A stretch of DNA of 38,270 nt from Escherichia phage BUCT618: sequence record OM735461.1, one strand, 5' to 3'. Positions 5,710 through 15,718 of this stretch are shown piece by piece. Each line of letters starts with the position of its first letter. Position 1 is the stretch's first letter. The notes under the pieces are model-generated. The model saw nothing but the letters and a program-made list of their open reading frames with translations. It was not told where the DNA came from and did no database searches. Made by a program: the position numbers and the translations under genes.

Positions 5710-7314
5710 ATGGCAGAAGAACAAATAAACAGCCTCGTCAACCTGGCGGCTGAACAGTCACTTATCGGCGGCGTACTGATACTCGGGTTCGATGCAGATT
5801 TTCGTGAGCGCACTGATTACGTTTTCCAGAACGTGCGGGAATCTGATTTCTATGCCGCATCACACCGCATTATCTGGCGTGAAATCTGTGCGATGACCGA
5901 CAAGGCAAAGTCGGTGGATGTGATTACCCTGTTCGACATTATCGAAAGCAAGGGTATGGGTGAAAAGATAGGCGGGTTCGCGTACCTGTCAGAAATAGCC
6001 AAAGGAACGCCCAGCGCCGCAAACATCAATGCCTATGCTGATATTGTGGTTGAGCGTGCAAATGCGCGTGAAGTTCTGCGCCGGATGAATGCCGCCCGTG
6101 AAATCATTACCAAAGAGGACGGTCGTTCGCTGGCTATCCGACTGGCAGAAGCAAGTGACATCACCGCAGGCATCGACAACATATCAGCGGGCCGTATGCT
6201 GTTCAATCCTGTCGATGTGATCGCCTCGCAGCTGGAGACCATTGATGAAGACTATTCCCTTATCGAGAAGATTTTCAATGAATGTATTAAGCACAAAGAT
6301 ATTACTCTGCTTACTGGCGCTGGCGGTACGGGTAAATCCTGGCTCACCATCAAACTTGGCATTTCTGTCGCGCTCGGGCGTCCCGCACTTGGCGGGAAAT
6401 ACAATTTCCTCACTCCCGTGGAGCAGGGGGTGGTGGTCTTCCTGATTGGCGAGGATAGTGTCGATGATTACCGGCATCGCCTGGACAAGCTAATTAAGGC
6501 GGCTGGCATGACCCGTGATGAAAAGGCGCGGATTCTTTCGTCAATCCTGTTCGTTCCACTACGTGATAAGGATATTCGTCTGATTAAGCGCGAGCGTGGT
6601 GGCGACCTGGAGCAGACCGGCGTTATCCGCAATCTTGCAGCATCACTGAAGGCATGTAACTGCCGTCTTGCCATTCTTGACCCGATGAACAAATTCGCCA
6701 GCGGTGAGGAGAACAGTAACAACGAGGCAAACGTATTTATAAACGCTGTGCGGCGCGTGGTTGATTTATCTGGCTCGGCAGTGCTTATGGTCCACCACTC
6801 ATCAAAAACCGACCCTGGAGGCTCGCGCGGGGCTTCTGCGCTGGTGGATGGTGCGCGTTGTCATCTTGCACTGGCAACAATGTCGCAGCTTAAAGGCGAG
6901 AAGGCAGAGGCTGGTGATGATGACATCATTCGCCTGACCATGCCGAAGCATAACAACTTCAAAGGGTGGGACGGACCGGTATGGCTCAAGCGAAGTGACG
7001 CTGGCGATATGCTGACGATTGACCCGCCAGAGATGATTGGTACAGGCGCTATAGCCAAGCGCTTCCATGTGGATACGACGCGCGTTAAATCGCTCATCAT
7101 TGAATGTATCCGCAGCAACTCCAGACCGACAAGCACCAGCGAGTTTATCAACGCGTTTATAGAAGGACCGGGTAAAGAGCTGTGCCCTAACTACGGCAAG
7201 GCAAAGGATATTATCGGCGAGATGCTTAACGACGGCATCCTGGAAGAAGGCACGATGTTCAATCGCAAAGTGTTGCTGGTCGCTGAGCGCGAGAATGATA
7301 ATTTTACCTGGTGA
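5710..7314 (+). CDS. Replicative helicase-like protein (DnaB N-terminal domain + RecA/AAA_25-type ATPase)
   Basis: N-terminal NLAAEQSLIGGVLI (DnaB-N signature). Walker A LTGAGGTGKSWL. Walker B-like LAILDP. Confidence 0.75.
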   Translation: MAEEQINSLVNLAAEQSLIGGVLILGFDADFRERTDYVFQNVRESDFYAASHRIIWREICAMTDKAKSVDVITLFDIIESKGMGEKIGGFAYLSEIAKGTPSAANINAYADIVVERANAREVLRRMNAAREIITKEDGRSLAIRLAEASDITAGIDNISAGRMLFNPVDVIASQLETIDEDYSLIEKIFNECIKHKDITLLTGAGGTGKSWLTIKLGISVALGRPALGGKYNFLTPVEQGVVVFLIGEDSVDDYRHRLDKLIKAAGMTRDEKARILSSILFVPLRDKDIRLIKRERGGDLEQTGVIRNLAASLKACNCRLAILDPMNKFASGEENSNNEANVFINAVRRVVDLSGSAVLMVHHSSKTDPGGSRGASALVDGARCHLALATMSQLKGEKAEAGDDDIIRLTMPKHNNFKGWDGPVWLKRSDAGDMLTIDPPEMIGTGAIAKRFHVDTTRVKSLIIECIRSNSRPTSTSEFINAFIEGPGKELCPNYGKAKDIIGEMLNDGILEEGTMFNRKVLLVAERENDNFTW

Positions 7315-7320
7315 TTGTGG

Positions 7321-7349
7321 TTGACATTATTCAGTGAAGTGGTAAGGTT
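7321..7349 (+). promoter_or_regulatory. Early promoter, same family
   Basis: TTGACA 7321-7326 and GGTAAGGTT 7341-7349. The 15 nt ttgtggttgacatta is identical to 35021-35035. Confidence 0.6.
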
Positions 7350-7376
7350 TAAACGGAATTTTAGCGGGAGCAAAAT

Positions 7377-9143
7377 ATGAAGCAGCCACGATTTTACCAA
7401 ACAGAAGCAAAGGAGGCGGTGATTCACCGCATCCGTGAGAACTCGAAGAAAGGAGTCGCCAGCAGGATACTTGTTGATGCGGCGGCTGGTGCAGGGAAAA
7501 CCATCATGATGGCGATCATTGCCAAACACGTACATGAGCGAGGAGGGCGAGTATTGCAGATTGCGCGTCAGCCAATACTTGCCGAGCAGACCTATCGTGA
7601 GTTCTATGATTTTTCAGTACCGGCGGGGATGTACGCCGCAAAGTTCAATAAGCGCCAGGTATATCAGGTTACCGTAGGCACTGAGGGCACGATTGTTAAT
7701 GGCCTTGCTGACTTCAATAAACCGGTTGATTTGCTTCTTATCGACGAATCGCATCAGGTAGACATTGAGAACGAAGACACGCAATTCATGCGCATAATCA
7801 ATCATCTGGATGGAGTTTCGAAAAAAGCCGGTCGCCTTATGCATATCGTAGGAGTAACAGGTTCTCCATTCCGTGGAACCGCCCACCTTACCACGTTCGA
7901 CTTCTGGCAGGAGGTTGTTTACGACATCGGCGTCGACCGACTGACTGAGATGGGGTTCCTGTCGGTTCCCGTCTATGGGTTCCCTGATGCTGACGATGAC
8001 TCCCTGGATTTCTCCAGCGTGGATACTCGCAGCGGCTCATGGGAGTTCAGCGAAAAGGAACTCGACGAAATCGCCATGTCTGACGCTGGAAAGAAAAAAC
8101 TTGTGCGTATTCTGATGCAGGTCATTGAAAAGACCAAAGACCGGAACCAGCGGATAGTCTTTGCATCGACCAAGCGACACGCCAGGGAGATTCGGCGAAT
8201 CCTCATCGCACTGGGCATCGACAAGTCAAAGATTGGCCTTGTCACTGACGATTCCAGCGAGGCGGAGAAAGACCGCGTAATCAAGCTATCGAAGGAAGGA
8301 AAACTCGACTGGCTGATTAACGTGTCGGTGCTGACTACTGGCTTTAACTCGCCACTGATTGACGTGGTTGTTTACCTGCGCCCGATTGGTTCACTGGTGT
8401 TACTGATTCAGTCTATGGGGCGCGGCGCTCGCTTGCTTGAGGAGTGGATGAAAGAGGCCGGTTTCCATAAAGATAACTATCTGGTTCTGGACTATGCCGG
8501 AGTATTCGACAGGCTTGGGCATTTGCTGGACGACCCGCTTACAGGTGCGGCACTAGCGGAAAAAGGGCGCAAGTCAGGGAAAACAAAGTTATGCCAGCGT
8601 GAAGGTTGCGGGTGCGAAAACGGAATAGGCGCTCGGCGCTGTATCGCAAAGGATCCATCAGAACCTGATGGAAGGTGCTCGTTCTTCTGGGTTTCGCAAA
8701 CATGCCCAGACTGCGGAACAGAAAACGATATAGCAGCTTCTGAGTGCCGCAATCCGAAGTGCAAGCGTGAACTGCGTGACCCTAACAAAGAGCTTTTGCA
8801 TTCCCCATATTCTGATGACCAGCTTGTTGAGGTTAAATCATGGGAGATTACGCCAGCAGAAAACGGAAATGGCATCATGGTTAAGTTCAATCTTAAGGAT
8901 GAGCCAGAGCACGGCAACCCGGTTGTTTTTTATCCCACCGATAGCGAAGGGGCTAAGCGAATAACAATGAAACAGTTCATTGAGGTCTACTGCAGGAATC
9001 CTCGATGGCATCCAGAGTTTAAAGCGCAATTAAATCCACGTGGAATCATGAAATTAAAGCAGGCGTTAACCATGCCATCGCATATCTCTTACCGGATTAA
9101 CGGGCAAAACAAATTTGTTATCGGAAGAAGGCGCTTCTCATGA
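7377..9143 (+). CDS. Superfamily-2 DNA helicase (ResIII/DEAD-like) with C-terminal Cys-rich region
   Basis: Walker A AAAGAGKT, DESH box, helicase-C-like QSMGRGAR. Cys clusters CQREGCGC / CPDCG / CRNPKC. Confidence 0.8.
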   Translation: MKQPRFYQTEAKEAVIHRIRENSKKGVASRILVDAAAGAGKTIMMAIIAKHVHERGGRVLQIARQPILAEQTYREFYDFSVPAGMYAAKFNKRQVYQVTVGTEGTIVNGLADFNKPVDLLLIDESHQVDIENEDTQFMRIINHLDGVSKKAGRLMHIVGVTGSPFRGTAHLTTFDFWQEVVYDIGVDRLTEMGFLSVPVYGFPDADDDSLDFSSVDTRSGSWEFSEKELDEIAMSDAGKKKLVRILMQVIEKTKDRNQRIVFASTKRHAREIRRILIALGIDKSKIGLVTDDSSEAEKDRVIKLSKEGKLDWLINVSVLTTGFNSPLIDVVVYLRPIGSLVLLIQSMGRGARLLEEWMKEAGFHKDNYLVLDYAGVFDRLGHLLDDPLTGAALAEKGRKSGKTKLCQREGCGCENGIGARRCIAKDPSEPDGRCSFFWVSQTCPDCGTENDIAASECRNPKCKRELRDPNKELLHSPYSDDQLVEVKSWEITPAENGNGIMVKFNLKDEPEHGNPVVFYPTDSEGAKRITMKQFIEVYCRNPRWHPEFKAQLNPRGIMKLKQALTMPSHISYRINGQNKFVIGRRRFS

Positions 9144-9556
9144 TAGTCAAAAAGCAGCACGCAGATGGTTATTTTATTTACTGGGATGATGAGGCAAAGG
9201 GAGATTGTCGCCTTGAGGTATCAGAGCAGATTGACGCGATGGCCTGGCTGAAGGAGTTTTACCCTGATGCCAGAAAGGTGACGTTTCATGTGCCCAACGA
9301 GAGCGATTCTAAGCCTCAGCACAGGGCTTCACTTCAACAGCAAGGGGTAACGTCAGGTGTTAGCGACATTGTCACGCTGTGGGGCACTGGCGCGGTTTTT
9401 GAGATGAAGCGAGCCGTCAGGTCGAAGTCATCAGTTAGCAAAGAGCAGAGGGAGTTTCTGAGGCTGTCCCATCAGCAAGGGAAGTTTGCCGCATTGTGCT
9501 ACGGCGCATCAGCTTTTAAGCGGGCATGGGTTGACTATCTCGCCTCTTTTGTTTAA
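9140..9556 (+). CDS. VRR-NUC domain nuclease
   Basis: GVSDIVTLW...AVFEMKR...SKEQREFL (D..E.K PD-(D/E)XK core). ATGA coupling to the helicase gene. Confidence 0.7.
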   Translation: MIVKKQHADGYFIYWDDEAKGDCRLEVSEQIDAMAWLKEFYPDARKVTFHVPNESDSKPQHRASLQQQGVTSGVSDIVTLWGTGAVFEMKRAVRSKSSVSKEQREFLRLSHQQGKFAALCYGASAFKRAWVDYLASFV

Positions 9557-9586
9557 GGTTGACATAATATCAGAAGGAGAACTGAA

Positions 9587-9796
9587 ATGACCCGCGAAGA
9601 ATTTATCCAGAGAAACATCAAGAAGATTTTAATCAGCGAAGGTTTCAGCCATGAGGCGGCGGAGGTTGGCGCAGATGCGGCGCTCGATTTGTATCTGAGA
9701 AAGTCAGACTTCCCGAATGGAAAGGCTTTCGACTTCTGCCTGATGAACGCCCGTCGTGAAGCCAAGATGAAGCAGTCAGCAATGAGGATTAAATAA
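9587..9796 (+). CDS. Hypothetical protein
   Basis: 69-aa ORF, SD AAGGAG. Confidence 0.55.
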   Translation: MTREEFIQRNIKKILISEGFSHEAAEVGADAALDLYLRKSDFPNGKAFDFCLMNARREAKMKQSAMRIK

Positions 9797-10746
9797 TGAC
9801 CACAACACTACTTCCGGCGCTCGTACCGGCGCAACAATTCCTGATGGCACAGGAACAACAGTTTCAGGCCGTGCTTTCAGATGACCGTATTAACTTTGCG
9901 AAAGAATGCCAGTTCGCGTTGCAGCACCTGAGCAACAATGATTTTACCCGCCAGGTGGCGATGAAGAATCAGGAATCATTCCGCAACGCAATTATCAATG
10001 TGGCAGCTATAGGCATCAGCCTTAACCCGGCCGCAAAACTGGCTTACCTTGTTCCACGCAAAGGCTCAGTTTGCCTGGATATCGGATACCTGGGGCTTGA
10101 GCATCTTGCGATTGAATCCGGATCCGTGCTATGGGTGCAGACTAAGCTGGTGCACGCCAATGACACCTACGTTAACACCGGCATCAATACCGCGCCAGAG
10201 CATCAGTATTCTGCATTCGGCAAGCGCGGCGATATCGTCGGCTGTTACTGCGTGGCCAAAGTTCATGACGGTTCATTCCTTACCGAAGAGATGAGCATTG
10301 AGGAAATCCACCGCATTCGCGGGCGCTCAGAGTCATTCTCAAAAGGAGGTATGTCGCCGTGGAAAACAGACGAAGGCGAGATGATTCGCAAAACGGTTAT
10401 CAAGCGAGCGGCAAAGCACTGGCCCAAAAAAGCACGACTTGATGCAGCTATCGACATGCTTAACCGTCAGGGTGAGGGAATCGACTTCCAGCGTGAGCGT
10501 GCGCCAGTGCGCGAGAAGGCAATCAACCCGGCAACCGAAGAGCAGGTGAAGACAATCCGTGAAGGTCTGGAGTTTATCAGCCGACCTGAAGAGGCATTCC
10601 TGAAATACTTCTCTGGCAGCATTGCTAAGCGTGTTATTGAGTCCATTGAGGAGTTGACCGAGGAAGAGGCAATTAAGGCTATCAGCACCATTCAGTCAAT
10701 CATGGATAAGCAGGCAGAGAAGCAATCAAACAGAGAGGTATTCTGA
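9796..10746 (+). CDS. recT: RecT-family single-strand annealing protein
   Basis: RecT-like core AAIGISLNPAAKLAYLVPRKGSVCLDIGYLGL. TAATG coupling. Followed by the exonuclease partner. Confidence 0.8.
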   Translation: MTTTLLPALVPAQQFLMAQEQQFQAVLSDDRINFAKECQFALQHLSNNDFTRQVAMKNQESFRNAIINVAAIGISLNPAAKLAYLVPRKGSVCLDIGYLGLEHLAIESGSVLWVQTKLVHANDTYVNTGINTAPEHQYSAFGKRGDIVGCYCVAKVHDGSFLTEEMSIEEIHRIRGRSESFSKGGMSPWKTDEGEMIRKTVIKRAAKHWPKKARLDAAIDMLNRQGEGIDFQRERAPVREKAINPATEEQVKTIREGLEFISRPEEAFLKYFSGSIAKRVIESIEELTEEEAIKAISTIQSIMDKQAEKQSNREVF

Positions 10747-11429
10747 TGTTAATCGATGAACTACGCACGCGCCTGTCTGCATTCAATGACATATTCGGAT
10801 TTGACTGCGTTACCGTTGAGCAGAGGTCATACCAATGGCACATGATGCGCCTCGGAGTGATAACAGCGTCCGGCATTGACGCAATACTTGCCAAGCCAGG
10901 TAGCGCCACTCGTGATGGGTACATGGCAACACTAATTGCCGAGATTGCAACCGGAGCGCCAGCAGATCCGGTAAGCGCTAAAACACTGCAATGGGGTATT
11001 GACCACGAACCGGCAGCTATTGAAGCATACTCATTCATGACCGGCAATGTAGTAGAGCAAATCCCGTTCGTGTACCGTGATGAAACCATGCGCTGCGGTT
11101 GCTCGCCGGATGGGGTGATGGATGATTTTACTCTTGAGATAAAATGCCCATACATGAGCCGACGACACATTGAGCTGATTGTGGATGGACGCATGGACAA
11201 AGACTACATGGCGCAGACGCAATTCCAGATGTGGGTAATGGGGACGGATAAGGTGGACTTTCACAGCCATGACCCCCGTATGCTGAAACATACGGATCAC
11301 ACCGTAACGGTAGAGCGCTCAGACCTGTTCATGAAGAAATTCGACGATGCTATCCCGCAATTCATCATGGAGATGGATGCCAAACTGGAGCGACTTGGAT
11401 TCAGGTTCGGGGAGCAATTTAAAGCATGA
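10746..11429 (+). CDS. YqaJ/lambda-Exo-type recombination exonuclease
   Basis: SYQWHMMRLGVITASG and SPDGV..LEIKCP (PD-(D/E)XK). TGATG coupling to recT. Confidence 0.75.
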   Translation: MLIDELRTRLSAFNDIFGFDCVTVEQRSYQWHMMRLGVITASGIDAILAKPGSATRDGYMATLIAEIATGAPADPVSAKTLQWGIDHEPAAIEAYSFMTGNVVEQIPFVYRDETMRCGCSPDGVMDDFTLEIKCPYMSRRHIELIVDGRMDKDYMAQTQFQMWVMGTDKVDFHSHDPRMLKHTDHTVTVERSDLFMKKFDDAIPQFIMEMDAKLERLGFRFGEQFKA

Positions 11430-11432
11430 GAA

Positions 11433-11459
11433 AGGGGCCGATTGGCCCCTTATTTTATT
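11433..11459. terminator. Bidirectional rho-independent terminator between the convergent early and tail blocks
   Basis: AGGGGCC-gatt-GGCCCCT flanked by a T-rich run on one side and an A-rich run on the other. Confidence 0.7.
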
Positions 11460-12036
11460 CTGGAATCTCTGGCCATTGTGGATTCGATGTATCCACACGC
11501 ATCAGTAGCACCCGGTACATTTCCCATTCATCGAGTTCTGTCACTTCTTCAGCCGTGGCAATTCCTTTATCAACCGCATACTTTCGCCATGTAATCTCTT
11601 CAGCGGCGGTGGCGAGTAACCGTGCTTTTTTCTGTTCTGCTGAAGCAACGTCAGCCGCATGCTGAGCATCCGCATCCGTTACCCACTCAGATCCATTCCA
11701 TTTGTCATATGGCGTTGCTGGAGCCAGGAGAGTATAAGCATCATCGAGAGGACCAAGAGTGCGAACGGTTTCTGTCGAGCGGTCGCTTTTCTTATATACG
11801 GTTGTTCCCCGTAAATCCTCAATTTGTCTCCATGCAGAGCCATCCCAACAAACTGCATACCCGTCATTAGCCACGGGTGCTGGAATCATAGTGGAGAAGC
11901 CGGGGATGCCGGTACCAACTAAAATACGCACGTCGTAAGTAGCAGTATGCTCGCCAGTGATAGGATCAAACCCACTCACAGTCACTGTTTGCGTTTCTGT
12001 AGCATTTCCGTTCTTATCGAATAACTCAGCCATCAT
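11455..12036 (-). CDS. Tail fibre assembly protein (Tfa-type chaperone)
   Basis: C-terminal ..WNGSEWVTDADAQHAADVASAEQKKARLL..AEEVTELDEWEMYRVLLMRVDTS typical of the Tfa family. Immediately downstream of the fibre gene. Confidence 0.75.
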   Translation of the reverse strand: MMAELFDKNGNATETQTVTVSGFDPITGEHTATYDVRILVGTGIPGFSTMIPAPVANDGYAVCWDGSAWRQIEDLRGTTVYKKSDRSTETVRTLGPLDDAYTLLAPATPYDKWNGSEWVTDADAQHAADVASAEQKKARLLATAAEEITWRKYAVDKGIATAEEVTELDEWEMYRVLLMRVDTSNPQWPEIPE

Positions 12037-12809
12037 TTAGCCCTCACAATCATATTCCACGCAACGTTTCTCATTCTGTTTTCTGCTGCTGTCTGAACTA
12101 CTTTACTGACATCAAGAACCAGTGTCTCGCAACCACCCCAGCCAGGGTCCGAGCCAATTCCGTTTTTTGAGCCGACATTCGTAACAGAAAATGCGCCCGT
12201 TGCCGTTACTGCGTCCCCAATAAACTGCTGACTAGTGTCTGTGCCTCCCGATACCGTACCCGTGATATTTCGAATCGCGTCCTCCTGCGCAGACATAAGA
12301 ACGCGTCCCGTATCAATTCCTCGTCCGTTATCCCATCCGCGGGGAACATATCCTCTCATATCGGATGGTAGTACGTTCGTTGGGTGCAACTGAGAAAGTA
12401 ATGGATATTTAACAGGATCGAACGATTGGGCCATGTACGGGATAAACTCCATTCCGCAGTCTGGCCAGATTTCCTGTGGCATTTTCTGAAGTGGCCACTC
12501 AATCAGCTGACCAATGAGCGGCGACCCATATTTGAGATTTCCCAAACCAAGATTTGTTAGAGCCGTAGAAATCGCTGCTGCTCCATCCGATTTGATGTCT
12601 CCGAATGGGTCTGTTCTTTGTAGCTTATTTGAATACAGCCATTGAGATTTCAGGTCTGATAAATTTTGCAGATAGCTGAAGTCGTTTTTCGTTGGGGGGT
12701 TTGACCCCACAAACTCCCAGCCCTTTGCATAGTTAACATCACCGATTGGCGTTAATCCGCCAGTGGCTGTAGAGCCGAAAATCTTATTGAAATCTTCTGG
12801 CAGAGCCAT
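12033..12809 (-). CDS. Tail fibre protein (short)
   Basis: Position between the baseplate genes and tfa. N-terminus ..INYAKGWEF..PPTKNDFSYLQN.. resembles fibre proteins. Confidence 0.65.
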   Translation of the reverse strand: MALPEDFNKIFGSTATGGLTPIGDVNYAKGWEFVGSNPPTKNDFSYLQNLSDLKSQWLYSNKLQRTDPFGDIKSDGAAAISTALTNLGLGNLKYGSPLIGQLIEWPLQKMPQEIWPDCGMEFIPYMAQSFDPVKYPLLSQLHPTNVLPSDMRGYVPRGWDNGRGIDTGRVLMSAQEDAIRNITGTVSGGTDTSQQFIGDAVTATGAFSVTNVGSKNGIGSDPGWGGCETLVLDVSKVVQTAAENRMRNVAWNMIVRAK

Positions 12810-12820
12810 GCGATCACCTC

Positions 12821-13471
12821 TTAGTTAATAAAATGACCAACATCAAAACCTTTCATTCCTGGCTGGTCAGCGAATCCAAAGATATTGCCGTCACCACTAA
12901 AGAACAAATTAACCTTTATGCCGGCCGCTCTTGGTATGATGTCCGAACCGTTCAGTATAGACTTAATATTATCACTAACCAGGCCGATGATGTAGATATT
13001 GAACTCTGCAGGACTTCCCTGATAAACCAGAACCCGGTCTGCCCGAGTCATATTAAGAACAGATGTTGCGACGCCAACCTCTGACACATCACCATAGTTT
13101 CTGGCTATCTGCCCAATGATAATCACGCGGTAATCATCATCATTAAGGATTGACGAAGCGGTTGTTTTATCATTTTGCTCCCTGAATCTGGCCTGACCAA
13201 ATCCTGTAACATTTTCCTGGTCTGAGAAGCCAAAATAAGTAGGCTGAATCTGCTTGTCAAAAACTCGGCTAACCCCGACAATGTCGCCAATCAAATCAAG
13301 CCAAACCCCTTTGGCCTTCATGATATTAATGTTTTTAGCGACGTAGTCGTAGATGTCGCTGGATGCGTCGAAATCCTCGGCAAGCAATCGAATCACTTCT
13401 ACATAGTTTGGCGAATCCCTTAGCTGGTTAACAATCAGGTCGTGGGAATATTTCTGATAAAACTTACTCAT
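12821..13471 (-). CDS. Baseplate/tail-fibre attachment protein (DUF2612-like by position)
   Basis: 216-aa ORF, translationally coupled downstream of the baseplate J-like gene. Confidence 0.5.
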   Translation of the reverse strand: MSKFYQKYSHDLIVNQLRDSPNYVEVIRLLAEDFDASSDIYDYVAKNINIMKAKGVWLDLIGDIVGVSRVFDKQIQPTYFGFSDQENVTGFGQARFREQNDKTTASSILNDDDYRVIIIGQIARNYGDVSEVGVATSVLNMTRADRVLVYQGSPAEFNIYIIGLVSDNIKSILNGSDIIPRAAGIKVNLFFSGDGNIFGFADQPGMKGFDVGHFIN

Positions 13472-14634
13472 GGCGTCACCGTGATATTGATGTTTTCATC
13501 AGTGATATTCAGCCGCTGATATGCTGTCAGGATAACGCGGTCTGTCCCATTAATCGTTACCGAGTTTATATCAATGCCGGGGACAAGGTTGACAGGCGTA
13601 TAAAGTCTGCTGGCATAAAGCACCTTGCCAATCGGCCAGGCATTAACGAAGTTGACCAACTCATTCTTGATAAGCTGCTGCCCATCTGTCGGGAAGTTTG
13701 CATCCGTGCTTATGTTGATCGCAATCGTCGCCGTGGTGTTTGTTGGTCTTACAAACCAGACCATCACAGGCTGACCATTTGCCGTATTGATCACAGAAAC
13801 GCTTTTCCATGTTGCCGCCGGTATGTCTGAAGACGTAGTAAACTGAATCCCAGCCGCGCGTGTCTCAAGAATGGCAAGCGCAACTTCATTGTCATCACCA
13901 CCATCAACTACCGGCATTATTGAGTGCGGCGGCATACCGGCGTCATTGGTTGTATCGGTGAAGTTCTCCAGCACTGAGGCATAAGTTACGCCATCAACCT
14001 GACTTACAGCAGTGTAAATCCCCTCTGGTGTCCCGCTTGCCGCAGATGAAGTTTGCAGCATACGGAAACGAAGCTGGGCATCAGTTTCACGCGCGCGGCC
14101 AAGCGTCCCATCGTTTGGGTTTGTTACCGATGAAATTCCGTACACGCCAGACTCAAGAACCGTCATTGTCCCTGCTGTTGGCTTGAAGTTGCTGGCCTCT
14201 ATTGCCTCGGCAAGCACTACGCCGCTGCTGTTCGGGGCAACGACCAAATCCTGAGTGGTAGCGAATTTCTTCGTTTTATCCAGTGATGACGAAACGATGG
14301 TCCCATCCGGCACAGTAGCGCCGTTGTTATCAGCATTGAATTGCAGCGTTACCTGGCTGTAGATGCGTGGTAGACGACGCTTGTTCATCAATGGTGCAAG
14401 ATTTGATAGTTGCGCACCTATAGCCGAGAACGGGCTGAATGAGTTGATGATGTACTCAGCCTTTGCGTTCAGGTTGTCATGGATTGCTGATTGTATTGAG
14501 ATGATACGACCAGCCACGCGCGGTGTACTGGTGTCCATGTCAGGGAACGAGTCATTCCAGCGCTTGGCGTTTTCCTCGCGCACATCCTGATACCTGTCTC
14601 TCTGGAATCCAGTTTCGTCAATTTTAGTAGCCAT
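13468..14634 (-). CDS. Baseplate J-like wedge protein
   Basis: Size and synteny (W-like, J-like, I-like, fibre). Assignment mostly by gene order. Confidence 0.6.
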   Translation of the reverse strand: MATKIDETGFQRDRYQDVREENAKRWNDSFPDMDTSTPRVAGRIISIQSAIHDNLNAKAEYIINSFSPFSAIGAQLSNLAPLMNKRRLPRIYSQVTLQFNADNNGATVPDGTIVSSSLDKTKKFATTQDLVVAPNSSGVVLAEAIEASNFKPTAGTMTVLESGVYGISSVTNPNDGTLGRARETDAQLRFRMLQTSSAASGTPEGIYTAVSQVDGVTYASVLENFTDTTNDAGMPPHSIMPVVDGGDDNEVALAILETRAAGIQFTTSSDIPAATWKSVSVINTANGQPVMVWFVRPTNTTATIAINISTDANFPTDGQQLIKNELVNFVNAWPIGKVLYASRLYTPVNLVPGIDINSVTINGTDRVILTAYQRLNITDENINITVTP

Positions 14635-14669
14635 GCCACCCCCGGTAATTTTTAATCATTATATCACGC

Positions 14670-15023
14670 TCAGAGTGATGAGCTGAAAATCTCGCCATCA
14701 TCGGTGATTCCTTCAAATTCGCATGTGGCAATAGCTGAATCAGTATTAACCGCAACCTCAATCCTTGTAAGCTCAATGGCCCCAGGGGTGCTCATAATCA
14801 CATCACGGATAATCTGCTTCTTGGCGGCAATGCTAACCTGTGGGCTTACCATGTCGGTAAGCCACGGCATTCCGATTCTGTTGTCGTCGAAAACCTCACC
14901 CTGAATAAGTTGGAGTGAGAACTTACTATCCTGAGACGTCATGGCTGCATCTTCAATGATGCCAATATCATCGGTGATGACAAGGTCCCATGAATTTCTA
15001 TCAAGTTCGAAATCGCTTCTCAT
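14670..15023 (-). CDS. Small baseplate protein (gpW/gp25-like position)
   Basis: 117-aa ORF between the spike and the J-like gene. Confidence 0.5.
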   Translation of the reverse strand: MRSDFELDRNSWDLVITDDIGIIEDAAMTSQDSKFSLQLIQGEVFDDNRIGMPWLTDMVSPQVSIAAKKQIIRDVIMSTPGAIELTRIEVAVNTDSAIATCEFEGITDDGEIFSSSL

Positions 15024-15718
15024 GAAGTCGGACCTCCTGATGTTCCGCCACCTGTCTCTACGCCTGTATGTTTGTGATTGTTGAACGGAATGCCGTTAAT
15101 CGTCGCGCCATTTGGCATGGTGACAGGTACGCCGAAATTCACGCCTGAAGCCGTTGCGGTCATGGCGTTGGCTCCGCCAACCGAAAGCGAGTAATTAGAT
15201 GCCGACAGGGTGTGGGTAGAATCACCAACCTTTGCCGTGATGGATGACGCATTTACATGAAGGCTGACTGAGCCATCAAGCGAGCGCACGTCAATACCAT
15301 CCTGCACCCCGCCAACAGCGTCAGGAAACGCATTCAGGCCGAAGTAGGCCACAGCGTCATTCATGTTATGGTGCTGGGGACTTTTCGGGTCAACTATGCC
15401 ACCGGTTAGCTTCCATTTAGAGATGTTGCGGTCGCTTATCAGCAACATGCAGACATCGCCAGGGGAAGGATTATGGGTTATGACGAACCCGCCAGCCTGA
15501 TAGAATCCAACAGGCACATCTTTTATCGGCGGGATGTTGCTGACATTCCCGTCAATGTTGGTCTGTAGTAATGGCTGGACGGTGACGCAGTTTCTCCCCG
15601 CATCAAATGACACGCATTCGGCCAGCATCATGGTGCGCAGGGTTAGCGCGTTCTGGTCCATTGAGTACAGGAGAGATTCATCGCTCTCCATTTCGTGCAT
15701 TGAGGTATCAAGTAGCAT
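15020..15718 (-). CDS. Baseplate central spike/hub protein (gpV / Gp138-N-like)
   Basis: OB-fold-like N-terminus ..VQPLLQTNIDGNV..IKDVPVGFYQAGGFVITHNPSPGDVCMLL... Gly-rich C-terminal tip. Confidence 0.6.
   Translation of the reverse strand: MLLDTSMHEMESDESLLYSMDQNALTLRTMMLAECVSFDAGRNCVTVQPLLQTNIDGNVSNIPPIKDVPVGFYQAGGFVITHNPSPGDVCMLLISDRNISKWKLTGGIVDPKSPQHHNMNDAVAYFGLNAFPDAVGGVQDGIDVRSLDGSVSLHVNASSITAKVGDSTHTLSASNYSLSVGGANAMTATASGVNFGVPVTMPNGATINGIPFNNHKHTGVETGGGTSGGPTS

Noticed and set aside
9559-9564. GGTTGACATAA box just upstream of the 9587 gene.
   Set aside because: The ATG is only 23 nt downstream of the hexamer, so the usual 17-nt spacer and -10 would overlap the SD and start codon. 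It may be a vestigial or recombination-junction copy rather than an active promoter.
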